In this document: piece by piece, positions 46,884 to 56,065 of the stretch | Layout: each line of letters begins with the position of its first letter | How positions within the stretch are numbered: the first letter of the stretch is position 1 | Source: a virus | Reading direction: 5' to 3' (one strand) | Length of the DNA: 57,580 nucleotides | Virus record (IMG/VR): IMGVR_UViG_3300014911_000006 | The notes under the pieces: generated by a model | Database searches by the model: none | What the model saw: the letters and a program-made list of their open reading frames with translations, nothing else | What the model was told of the DNA's origin: nothing | Position numbers and translations under genes: made by a program

Positions 46884-48665
46884 TTATAACACCTCTCTTA
46901 GATCTCTATTAAAGAAGAGTTTTTCTACTATAAGAGTATACATATTCTCTAGGTTATCTGTCTTACTATACCAGTAGTCTACTGTCTCTATATATCTATC
47001 TATCTGTTGTTCTCTAGCAGAGAACTTTCTAGGATCATTAGACTGTATCTGAGTATCTCTATTAGGGAGTATATGTATGCTAGGAGTTCTAGTTAGAATA
47101 GACAACCACCATATACCAGTATCTATAGATACAAGGAGATCAGTATTAAGGAGTTCAGATATTACTCCATCTATATCTAGCTTAGATCCTCTATTATCTA
47201 TCTCTGTTCTTCCCTGATATGGTTCTAGACTTAGATTAACTATCTCTATATCTCTTGTCTTCTTTAATCTATCTAGTAGATTATCTATTTTAGAGTAATC
47301 TAGTCTAACTATACAGGAGAGACCTGATAGAGATAATCCTATCTTATATCTCTTCTTCTTAGGTCTAGGAGTGTATCTATCTAGAGAGATAGAGGGGATA
47401 AGTGTTCTATTTATACCACATCTAACATAGATAAATCTATTAAAGGAATAACTAGATTGATAGAACTCTCTCTCATATTCAGGATTTATCTGTGGTATCA
47501 GTAGATCTCTATATTGTTCTCCTATCTTTCTAGCTTTATGATAACCTATACCGAATATATTCTCCTGTATATTACTGGTTTCTCTTATAGAGATTAACTG
47601 ATCTATATATGATATCTTAGAGAGAAAGTCTTTATAGTGATGAGAACATAACCATACTATCTTGTCTCCCTGTCTCTTATAGTATTCTGCTACTGGTAGT
47701 GTAGCTACTATATCTCCTAATCTACCTAGCTGTAGTATACAGGTAGCATCTATCTTTATGTTGCACTGTGCAACATTACCATTATAGGGTATCTTATAAG
47801 TTCCTCCTCTACATGGATAGTTCTTAGTTAAATCATAGAGAGGAGGATGCTGTTGTGCTCCTCTAGGTAGATCTCCCCATTTACTATAGTAGAGTAAGAG
47901 ATTCTTCTTGAATAGATCTATCTTCTTAGCTCTCTCTTCTGGATGATCATAATAGTATTTACCTCCAAAGTGTCTGAATCTACATCTCCTGTTTCTGTAG
48001 CCTCTATATCCTGCTAGATATATTCTATGGAGAAAGTCATTGTCCTCTACATATCTAGGTTCATATATCTCATCAAAGTATCCTACTATCTCTATTGTCT
48101 TAGGAGTAACTAGAAAGGCAGAGAAGTCTCCAGTATATACTGTATCATCCATATCTTCATATATTCCTCTAGATATTCCTCTAGGAGGAGATAGATAGTC
48201 TACTCCATTCATGAAAATACAGTCATCTAGCTTATTATAGTCTTCTATCATCTTCTCAATATAGTTTCTCTCTAGATCTATATCATTATTGAAGACAAAG
48301 ATATAGTCTGCATCATGTTCTATAGCATATCTTATACCTGTATTCCATGCATGAGCTACACTCTTTCTACCTTTAAGGATAATGTGATTTATCTGTTCAC
48401 TAGATAGATATTCTAGAGTGCCATCTGTAGAACAGTTATCTACTACTAGGATAGAACACTTATCTATTATACTCTGATTTCTTAGAGACTGTATCGTTAA
48501 TCTAGTATCCTCTAAACATTGAAAGGTAGTAACTATTAAGAAGATAGATTTAGGAGACAGATCTATCTTCACCTCTCTCTTTCTCTTCTTCTCTTCTTCT
48601 ATTCTAGATAAAATATAGAACTGATCTCTTCTCTTTCTTCTTAGAATCTTCTTTCTTCTCCTCAT
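46884..48665 (-). CDS. bifunctional glycosyltransferase: GT2 (GT-A) + GT9-like (GT-B)
   Basis: VVDNCSTDGT, NNDI, GYFDE..EDNDF; RLGDIV..LP, SIDTG. Confidence 0.85.
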   Translation of the reverse strand: MRRRKKILRRKRRDQFYILSRIEEEKKRKREVKIDLSPKSIFLIVTTFQCLEDTRLTIQSLRNQSIIDKCSILVVDNCSTDGTLEYLSSEQINHIILKGRKSVAHAWNTGIRYAIEHDADYIFVFNNDIDLERNYIEKMIEDYNKLDDCIFMNGVDYLSPPRGISRGIYEDMDDTVYTGDFSAFLVTPKTIEIVGYFDEIYEPRYVEDNDFLHRIYLAGYRGYRNRRCRFRHFGGKYYYDHPEERAKKIDLFKKNLLLYYSKWGDLPRGAQQHPPLYDLTKNYPCRGGTYKIPYNGNVAQCNIKIDATCILQLGRLGDIVATLPVAEYYKRQGDKIVWLCSHHYKDFLSKISYIDQLISIRETSNIQENIFGIGYHKARKIGEQYRDLLIPQINPEYEREFYQSSYSFNRFIYVRCGINRTLIPSISLDRYTPRPKKKRYKIGLSLSGLSCIVRLDYSKIDNLLDRLKKTRDIEIVNLSLEPYQGRTEIDNRGSKLDIDGVISELLNTDLLVSIDTGIWWLSILTRTPSIHILPNRDTQIQSNDPRKFSAREQQIDRYIETVDYWYSKTDNLENMYTLIVEKLFFNRDLREVL

Positions 48666-48937
48666 TGTACTTCAAAGTAGTATCTCTCTTTACCTGTCTT
48701 ATCTGACTTCACTACCTTCCACTCTACATACCAGACTCCTGTATTAGAATCAGAAGGAATATTATAATCAATATAATAGACACCTGTAGATTCCTGAGTA
48801 GGAGAAGTATTGGTCTCTTTAAGAGTATTTGATGGATCATATATCTTTATCTCTTGACTATCTGGATCAAACAGATTACCATTAAAGTCTTTTATAGTAG
48901 CTTTTATTCTTACTGTCTCTCCTCTATATACTGTCAT
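48662..48937 (-). CDS. Ig-like/BppU-like small virion protein
   Basis: all-beta pattern, STGVYYIDY..P...GVW. Confidence 0.6.
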   Translation of the reverse strand: MTVYRGETVRIKATIKDFNGNLFDPDSQEIKIYDPSNTLKETNTSPTQESTGVYYIDYNIPSDSNTGVWYVEWKVVKSDKTGKERYYFEVQ

Positions 48938-50412
48938 TTCTCTATCATCTCTATTTCAATAATATATTCTTTCTCTATTTGAATGTTTATATTACTGATG
49001 CCTCTTTCTAAGAGACTTAACAAGAGAGTATATCTTAGTTTCTCGAGAAATAGAACAACTCCTCTCCAAGGATAAGGAGTTAAAATCTGATCTATTAACT
49101 GTATGCCTTCTAAGATAAAAGAAGAGATAGCTCTACTTATTACTTCACTAATTATTAGATCTTCTAATAAGACCTTTCTAATATCTCTAGTGTAGAGATC
49201 GGACAGAGAAAGAGTATCTAGGAGAGATCTAGAGAGAGTTCTTCTACCAATATCAGAAAGAGTAAGAGAGAGAGCTATCAGTTTATCTATACTCTTTATG
49301 TGTTGTTCTAACAGATCTATCTCTTCTCTAATATTCTTAGAAGAAGATCTAATAACAGTTTCAGTTAATCCTATAGTCTCAGTTAACTCTTTAATCTTAG
49401 CTTTAAGATAGGATATAGTATCTGTTAGATCTAGAATATCTGTTATCTTCTTATCTGTAGCTCTAACATACTGATCTAGAAGAGTTAGAGTCTCTAGTAG
49501 AATCTTAACTTTAGCCTTAACTATATCTAGAACATCTGAGGTAGAGAAAGATTCTTCTATTAACTTGGAAGGAGTCTTAGATATTGTATCACTAAGAGTA
49601 ACTGTATCTGTCAATATTCTATATGCTGTTAGAAGTCTAGATAATTCTTCTATAAGAGAGATATCTTCTACTAGATATTTAGATGAAGATCTAATTAGAA
49701 CATCAGATAAGGAGACAGTATCTTGAATAAGGAGAGTAGAAGACTTTATTAGAGAATCTAATAGAGAGATGTCTTCAGAATAGACTCTATAAATATCCCA
49801 TACTCTAGAATAAATATCTGTTAAGGAGAGACTTTCAGTAGATAGCTTATTAGTCTTCTTTAGAAGAATATCAGAGAGAGAAGAGGTATCTGTAAGGATC
49901 TTAATAGGAGATGTTGTAAAGACATGAGATAGAGAGAGATCCTCTGTCTTTAGAAGAAAAGTAGATGCTATCTTAACTTCTCCTAGAGATACTGAATCAG
50001 TTAAGAGAGAAGAAGGACTCTTAATAGAAACATCAGAAAGACTGAGAGAATCTGTACATTCCTGAGTGTAAGTTACTCCACTTGTTTCCTCACTTCCCCA
50101 TGCACCATGACTAGGCTCAGGCTCAACATACTTACGCATAAAAACCCAATCTACATATAATGTTCCTGTACCCCAACTTGAGAACCTTATAGGTATGTTT
50201 ACTTGAGGTATATTTGTTGTATGCTCAACCTCCAAAACACCATCTCTTAAATATTGTACCTTAGACGAAATCCAATTGTATTCTTCCTTATGATAGTTTT
50301 GTGTTTCTACACTACCAACTTGAATTGTTGTTTCTGTTCTTGAATCATTAGCTGCTGTTACAAACCTCCAATCTGGCTGAATTGTGTACCAAGCAAAAAC
50401 CCATTCGCCCAT
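48934..50412 (-). CDS. fibre-like protein: C-part of a DUF2341 domain + about 18 tandem 18/20-aa repeats
   Basis: VDWVFMRKY.EPEP, then (T/S)(D/E)xLxLxD repeats. Confidence 0.7.
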   Translation of the reverse strand: MGEWVFAWYTIQPDWRFVTAANDSRTETTIQVGSVETQNYHKEEYNWISSKVQYLRDGVLEVEHTTNIPQVNIPIRFSSWGTGTLYVDWVFMRKYVEPEPSHGAWGSEETSGVTYTQECTDSLSLSDVSIKSPSSLLTDSVSLGEVKIASTFLLKTEDLSLSHVFTTSPIKILTDTSSLSDILLKKTNKLSTESLSLTDIYSRVWDIYRVYSEDISLLDSLIKSSTLLIQDTVSLSDVLIRSSSKYLVEDISLIEELSRLLTAYRILTDTVTLSDTISKTPSKLIEESFSTSDVLDIVKAKVKILLETLTLLDQYVRATDKKITDILDLTDTISYLKAKIKELTETIGLTETVIRSSSKNIREEIDLLEQHIKSIDKLIALSLTLSDIGRRTLSRSLLDTLSLSDLYTRDIRKVLLEDLIISEVISRAISSFILEGIQLIDQILTPYPWRGVVLFLEKLRYTLLLSLLERGISNINIQIEKEYIIEIEMIEK

Positions 50413-50981
50413 GTTCCATCATAAACATTATCATCTGTTACACCTGTCCCCATACGGTCAGATGCTAATCTTGCTCTACACTTCATTGAAGTATTGTAAC
50501 TAAAGGTTTCAACTGTTTTTATCTCACTTGTTGCAGGAACTTGTAAAATCCCATCAGAAACACTAGGTGAACCTGTAACAGTACTCCATTTATTTGTATC
50601 CAAACTTGGGAAGTCATCAAAAAATGGGAAGGTAGCTTCTCCATTTGATATGCTTGTTGCATCAGATTTTCCATAGTATATGTAGATTGTCTTGGTGTTT
50701 GGTGATGCAGGTATGCTATCTACTTCAACCCAAAAAATTGCGTAATCTCCATCTACCTTTTCCTCTATCCAATAGTCTAGTAGTGTTTCACCATCACTTG
50801 AAGCAAACCTTACATCTCCAAAATCCGTTCTACAATGCTCATTTAAATAGACATCTTCCCCACTATCACTACCACTACCATAATGAGCTTTTATCTTAAT
50901 CTGATAATTGCTTTGAGCACCTGCACTAGAACCATTTATAGTATGAGATTTCCTGTAGCTCCATCCTGATAACCATCCCAA
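50358..50981 (-). CDS. DUF2341-domain protein, N-part (split from the downstream ORF by a -1 frame change)
   Basis: WSYRK...DFGDVRF...LDYWIE...WV.V..IP..IYIYYG...FPFFDDF. Confidence 0.75.
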   Translation of the reverse strand: MGWLSGWSYRKSHTINGSSAGAQSNYQIKIKAHYGSGSDSGEDVYLNEHCRTDFGDVRFASSDGETLLDYWIEEKVDGDYAIFWVEVDSIPASPNTKTIYIYYGKSDATSISNGEATFPFFDDFPSLDTNKWSTVTGSPSVSDGILQVPATSEIKTVETFSYNTSMKCRARLASDRMGTGVTDDNVYDGTWANGFLLGTQFSQIGGL

Positions 50982-50990
50982 CCTTTAAAC

Positions 50991-51443
50991 CTACTCCAAC
51001 ATCTTATAGTTTAATTTGCCTTCCTTCTCCCACACCAGAATCTTAGCTTCTCTACACTTATCAGTATTACTATCATATTTGAATGCTCTTAAAACCGCAT
51101 ACTTCTTTTCCTCACTACATTCCACGATAACTGCTTTCTCTATTTCAGGTTTATCTTCTTGAATCTTTGAAATTTCTTTCTCTACTGTTTCCCTGAAAGT
51201 TCTTGTAGGTGTAGGCATTAAAACACTTGGAACTCTATCCTTCCAATATGCATTCTCATTTCCCTGTTCATCTACCAAGACATGGATACAACACACATCA
51301 CTCCTCAAAACATTTCCATCTTGCCAGTAATATCTAAAGAATTGATAGTAATCTTTACCATTTACCTCTGTATACTTATCAAGTTCAAAGACTCTAACTG
51401 CTTTCTCTTCTAACTTAGCAACTAAATCATTAAGAGTAGTCAT
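50991..51443 (-). CDS. hypothetical protein, atypical composition
   Basis: ORF track. Confidence 0.7.
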   Translation of the reverse strand: MTTLNDLVAKLEEKAVRVFELDKYTEVNGKDYYQFFRYYWQDGNVLRSDVCCIHVLVDEQGNENAYWKDRVPSVLMPTPTRTFRETVEKEISKIQEDKPEIEKAVIVECSEEKKYAVLRAFKYDSNTDKCREAKILVWEKEGKLNYKMLE

Positions 51444-51540
51444 TCTCTTCTCACCTTATAATAAATTGATTTTAACTTTAATAAAGATAGTTTAAAGAGG
51501 AGTTTAGCTTACTGTTATCTTCCATGTTATCTGTAGACTA

Positions 51541-51960
51541 TCACCTGCATCCCCAGTCTACATTGATAGCTGAGAATGTCTTTCTACATAGCATGTTTCC
51601 ACCAGTAGAGGCATCAAATACTCCTGACTCTGTTACTGCCTCTGTTCCTGTATATCCTGAGAATGTAGCTTGTAGCTGTGCAGTATCATTTGTAACATTA
51701 GTAGTTACTCTAGAACAGGTAGCAGACTCTCTATGAGTCTCTGTTTCAAGAGCAGTATCTGATGCTGACTCTGCTGTAGTACCTGTACCTATAGCTATAT
51801 ATGTGAAAGCGGTAGTAACAACACCATTAATAAGACCAGCTGTCTGTGCTTTCCCTGTATTAGTGATAACATTAGTGATTCTCCTAACATCTTTTATCTT
51901 ACCATCCTTGTCTAGTAATAATATCTCTATTTCTCCTTTTAAACCTAGTTTCTCTTTCAT
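51541..51960 (-). CDS. virion fibre-base-like protein
   Basis: NVITNTG...YIAIGTGTTA...DTALETE...E.GVF motif typical of phage fibre N-termini. Confidence 0.65.
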   Translation of the reverse strand: MKEKLGLKGEIEILLLDKDGKIKDVRRITNVITNTGKAQTAGLINGVVTTAFTYIAIGTGTTAESASDTALETETHRESATCSRVTTNVTNDTAQLQATFSGYTGTEAVTESGVFDASTGGNMLCRKTFSAINVDWGCR

Positions 51961-52000
51961 ATTATATTCTCACCTATAAGATAAAGAAGTAGAGGTAGAT

Positions 52001-52013
52001 AAAAAAAAAAAAA
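52001..52013 (-). terminator. oligo(T)13 archaeal-type terminator after the portal gene
   Basis: 13-nt T run 9 nt past the stop, in a genome that otherwise avoids homopolymers. Confidence 0.7.
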
Positions 52014-52021
52014 GTCTATCT

Positions 52022-53257
52022 TTATTGAGTGATATCTTCTTTTTGTATCTCTATCTCCTTCTCTGGTAATCCTTCTTCCTTTCTTAGATAGTTTTCTAGT
52101 GTCTTGTCATGCTGTATTAGTCCTGCTCTAGCTAGTACTCCTATTCTTCTAGCTCTAGATAATAGAGACTGAGATGAGTATGATCTCCATACTATATCTG
52201 GTATAGTCTTAAGATTCTTGATACTCTTGAATCTCTTGAATATCTGTTCTTTGATTATACTGGATAGCTTCTCCTGATATGATGCTATCTGCTTTCTGAA
52301 GTCTTCTTCTCTTATATCTAGATCGGACTCTCTACCTGATACTAGTAATCCTTTAGGTATACCTAGACCTGCACATATCATGTTTACAAAGTGATCTAGC
52401 TCTTTATCTATCTGAAAATCTGATCCCTCTAGTCTCTCTATTTTGAAATAGTATGGGAAGACAAAGGCAGACTTCTGATGTGCCTTATTGAGATCCATAG
52501 CTAGTTTCTCCATTACCTCTGCTGGAGCTTCAGGATGCTTATCATCACCAACATAACCTATATAGATAGGGAAACCTGATCTGAACTTAGCTTCTCCATA
52601 GGATTCCTCTAGATTCAGCTTTATGATGACAGATTTATAGATAGGTTCTAGAGGAGATATACCATTGAGATCATCTCCTAGAGTGAAGAACTTGACATGT
52701 ACTACTCTGTCTCTAGGTAGCTCTTTAGTCTCTCCTACCTTATTGATGAATATATATCCTTCTGGTTCTCCATATTCATCTAGTACTATGTCTCCTGTTA
52801 TATTGTTCTCTCTTTTGAAGTCTATCTTAGCTGGATCTATAGGGATAAACTTGACTATATCATCTCCTGTCTTGTTATATACTATCTCTAGATAACCGTT
52901 ACCTGTTACTAGGGCATCTGTTACTGCTGACTCTAGTGCTTGTCTAAGATTGGTTCTAACTATGAAGTCTTCCCATATCTGTCTCTCTTCTTCACTAATA
53001 TCTTGAGGATAAGATAAGAAGAATGGAGATAGTATCTGTCTCTTTAATAGATTTACACCAGAGAAGACTAGAGGTTCTAGTCTATATAGCTTCTCTAGAT
53101 TCTCTATTAGAGTAGTATTCTTCTGGAATCTCTCTTTAGGTTTAGTGAGTATCTCTTTAGGAGTATCTTTACTTAGAAGTTCTACCAGTATATTCTTACC
53201 TGAGTTTCTATCTAGAGAATAATAGTCTTGTATCTTCTTCTTTCTACCAAATATCAT
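52022..53257 (-). CDS. portal protein
   Basis: GNGYLEIV, G.SPLE; directly after TerL. Confidence 0.9.
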   Translation of the reverse strand: MIFGRKKKIQDYYSLDRNSGKNILVELLSKDTPKEILTKPKERFQKNTTLIENLEKLYRLEPLVFSGVNLLKRQILSPFFLSYPQDISEEERQIWEDFIVRTNLRQALESAVTDALVTGNGYLEIVYNKTGDDIVKFIPIDPAKIDFKRENNITGDIVLDEYGEPEGYIFINKVGETKELPRDRVVHVKFFTLGDDLNGISPLEPIYKSVIIKLNLEESYGEAKFRSGFPIYIGYVGDDKHPEAPAEVMEKLAMDLNKAHQKSAFVFPYYFKIERLEGSDFQIDKELDHFVNMICAGLGIPKGLLVSGRESDLDIREEDFRKQIASYQEKLSSIIKEQIFKRFKSIKNLKTIPDIVWRSYSSQSLLSRARRIGVLARAGLIQHDKTLENYLRKEEGLPEKEIEIQKEDITQ

Positions 53258-53262
53258 TATTC

Positions 53263-55527
53263 TTACTCCTCTATATTATATTGTCTTGGAAGTGATATAT
53301 ATGTCCATGTACTAGGAGATGAGGAGATCTCTCTGTCTCTGATTGCTCTACAAGCTAACATGAGAGAATCTACATAGTCATCATTTCTCTTGCTATCATA
53401 AGTGTAGGTTCTCATCTGATTAAGTAACTCTACAAAGTCCTCTGGTATTCTGAGTCTCTCTCTTTCCACTAGGAATCTAAGATTTCCTATCATGTGATCT
53501 TTCTCATTTCTGAATGCTACTTCCTCTACATATACTCCCTTCTTTAGAGCTATATCTCTTAGTCTCTGATTACTATCTATATGAGATCTATCTACATATA
53601 TCTTCTTGATGGGATATTCTTCTAAGAGTTGAGCTATTCTCTTAAGGAGATCATCAAACTTGGTTTGAGAGTGTCCCTCTGTATGGAGAACATTAACATA
53701 CTCTCCTTCTATCTGGACTACAGTAAATACTGTAGGGTGCATATTGTGTATAAGAAATGGTTTACCATTCAATCTAGCTAGTATGATCTTGTTGGGGACT
53801 TCAACTGATGCTAGAGATATCTTCTCTATAGAGTACTGGAAGTCTTTTCTTCTTACATGTTTTCTAGGTATTATGAAGTCTACTACATATTGAGAGTTAC
53901 GATCAGGTCTCTTCTTTATCCATGCACAGAATCCACATTTTAAAGCTATCTCCTGTACATCATCTGCTAGTCTCTGAGAGCTAGTATAGAATCTCCATAC
54001 CTTACTCTTAATCTTGTTTTTACACTTCCATCTCCACTCAGATCCATTTCCTTTGAGGAGACCATCTAAGAGTAGTCTCAATTTATCAGGAGATAGATCC
54101 TTAAGTTCAGTTGGTATATATCTCTCTTCTCTATATCCCAATCTCTTAAGATATTTAGCAAGTCTTCTATCATAGATGATGAATCTATTATCCTTATACC
54201 AATGTTTAGGGAACTGAGTAATGAGATCTCTAAGTTCAGAATAAAATCTAGACTTTGGAGTTTGAGATATAATGATCTTTCCTATAGAAATATCCTCTAC
54301 ATATCCCTCTGCTATAAACCATCCTATCAGTCTTAGTGTCTTATCATCAAATGGACTTTCTCTCTTACTCCTATAGAGTCCTGTTCTTGGAATGTAATGA
54401 TGTCCTATCTCAAATGGTCGTAGAAACTGATACTCCTTCTTTTCATTTACTAGACAGAGCTTGTGGTTAGGTGTCATCCTGATCTCTATATTCTTCTTGG
54501 CTAGACTACAGATCTCTACTCTTCTCTCTGGTTCTATCTGAACTGTCTGAACAGGTTGGAATTCCAAGTAGCCAGTAGATTCATCAAATGTTAAGATTTC
54601 CTCTCCTCTGGATATCTTCTTGAGAGACTTCCATCCATCTCTAGTTAAGACTTCTGTGGAACTATCTAAACAGAACCCCCAGTCAATACCTAGATAGCAT
54701 GGTTCAGGTGATACTACTGGCTTACCTCTTATTCTACATTCTCTTAATTCTTTCTCTGGAAATACTCTACCTAAGAGAGGAGAGGGTTCTCCTAGATAGT
54801 TTATTCTAAATGTAGCTTCATCTAGAGTGTTTCTAGCTCTCTCTATACTTTCTTTGTCTATCCAGTTACAGTCCTCTGCTCTCCAGTATGGATATTTCTT
54901 GAATCCCCATCTATCACTAGACTCTGATATTTCTACAAAGAGAGATAGATAATCATAGGGAGTGGATGCTAGTATCACTCTAGAGTACTTCTCTGTCTCT
55001 ACTATAGGTAATGCTTGTTTCAATAGATTATCATCTACATTACCTGCCTCATCTACTATTAATAGATTGACATGAGATCCTAGTACCTGTGTCTCACTAT
55101 GAGCTATTATTCTAAGTTCTGATCCATCTTTAAACTTGGTTCTAGTTTTGAGAGGATCACCATCTATCTCTTCTCTTATCCATCTGTTTCTCTGATATGC
55201 TTCTAGACAGTATTCATATAGATATCTAGACTGTTCAAATCCTCCTGATAATACTAGTACTTTGAAAGGCATTCTTAGATGTTTAGATAATACTAGAGGA
55301 TACCATAGAGCTACACTAGCTAGACACTTAGTCTTACCTGTACCTCTAGCTGAACATAGAAGCATTCTATCTATATCTAGATTAGAGATGTCATCTAGAA
55401 ATTCTCTCTGTTTAGGAGAGGGTTCTAGATTGAATATATCTTGGAAGAAGAGAGATGGTCTCCTGTACCATAGAGATAGCTTTAAAGCCATGTAGAGAGG
55501 ATCTTGATATTTATCTCTATGTTCCAA
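53263..55527 (-). CDS. terL: terminase large subunit, intein-containing
   Basis: ARGTGKT, LIVDEA, LASTP, GIDWG, DDYVDS. Confidence 0.92.
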   Translation of the reverse strand: MEHRDKYQDPLYMALKLSLWYRRPSLFFQDIFNLEPSPKQREFLDDISNLDIDRMLLCSARGTGKTKCLASVALWYPLVLSKHLRMPFKVLVLSGGFEQSRYLYEYCLEAYQRNRWIREEIDGDPLKTRTKFKDGSELRIIAHSETQVLGSHVNLLIVDEAGNVDDNLLKQALPIVETEKYSRVILASTPYDYLSLFVEISESSDRWGFKKYPYWRAEDCNWIDKESIERARNTLDEATFRINYLGEPSPLLGRVFPEKELRECRIRGKPVVSPEPCYLGIDWGFCLDSSTEVLTRDGWKSLKKISRGEEILTFDESTGYLEFQPVQTVQIEPERRVEICSLAKKNIEIRMTPNHKLCLVNEKKEYQFLRPFEIGHHYIPRTGLYRSKRESPFDDKTLRLIGWFIAEGYVEDISIGKIIISQTPKSRFYSELRDLITQFPKHWYKDNRFIIYDRRLAKYLKRLGYREERYIPTELKDLSPDKLRLLLDGLLKGNGSEWRWKCKNKIKSKVWRFYTSSQRLADDVQEIALKCGFCAWIKKRPDRNSQYVVDFIIPRKHVRRKDFQYSIEKISLASVEVPNKIILARLNGKPFLIHNMHPTVFTVVQIEGEYVNVLHTEGHSQTKFDDLLKRIAQLLEEYPIKKIYVDRSHIDSNQRLRDIALKKGVYVEEVAFRNEKDHMIGNLRFLVERERLRIPEDFVELLNQMRTYTYDSKRNDDYVDSLMLACRAIRDREISSSPSTWTYISLPRQYNIEE
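53743..54672 (-). mobile_element. intein (310 aa) in the TerL nuclease domain; +1 residue is Met
   Basis: DWGF|CLDSSTEVLT...TPNHK...GWFIAEG...GLLKGNG...IHN|MHP. Confidence 0.88.
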
Positions 55528-56062
55528 TTATCATTCTCCTCTCTAGATGTGTGAGTAGTTTCTCCATCTGATCGGGAGATAGATCTAGCTCCTTTATCAG
55601 ATCCATTAGAGTCTTAACCATATCTCTAAAGGTAGACTTAGGTCTTGTAGGTATCTTGGAGTATAGTCTCTCCTGTGCCTCTAGTGTAAGTCTAGCCTCT
55701 GATAGCAATCCTCTAATTGCATTTGCTGTTCTAACATCTAGAGGCTTAGTCTCTATTATCTTCTTTGTCATTGATCTAATTATCTCTAGATTCTTCTTTA
55801 TCTCTCTTAGTATAGCCTCTATCTCTTCACTCTCCTTCTCTACTCTTCTTCTAGTTTGTGCCTCTACTAGCTGATCATAGTATGCTCTACAATGTTTAGA
55901 GAAGTGTGATTGAAATGACCAGTAGGATATATCTTCATTGAGTGTTCTAGCTAACTCCTCTAGCTTATCATAGGAATATCCTTCCTCAAATCTCTTCTTC
56001 TCATAGAGAGGTCTATTCTTACTCTTACACACTTTACATCTAGGTTCAAAATAACTGGTCAT
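55517..56062 (-). CDS. terS: terminase small subunit candidate
   Basis: CxxC + HTH + coiled coil, directly upstream of TerL. Confidence 0.65.
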   Translation of the reverse strand: MTSYFEPRCKVCKSKNRPLYEKKRFEEGYSYDKLEELARTLNEDISYWSFQSHFSKHCRAYYDQLVEAQTRRRVEKESEEIEAILREIKKNLEIIRSMTKKIIETKPLDVRTANAIRGLLSEARLTLEAQERLYSKIPTRPKSTFRDMVKTLMDLIKELDLSPDQMEKLLTHLERRMIIGT

Positions 56063-56065
56063 ATA

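Noticed and set aside
50395-50404. Canonical X XXY YYZ slippery heptamer at the DUF2341 split
   Set aside because: G GGT TTT is not in the reading frame of the upstream ORF, so a classical -1 signal is not supported; kept only as an unexplained split
971-55874. Many other short antisense ORFs in the track (e.g. 2497-2796, 9715-10083, 29022-29441, 38067-38465)
   Set aside because: Ser/Leu/Ile-rich shadows of well-supported genes on the opposite strand
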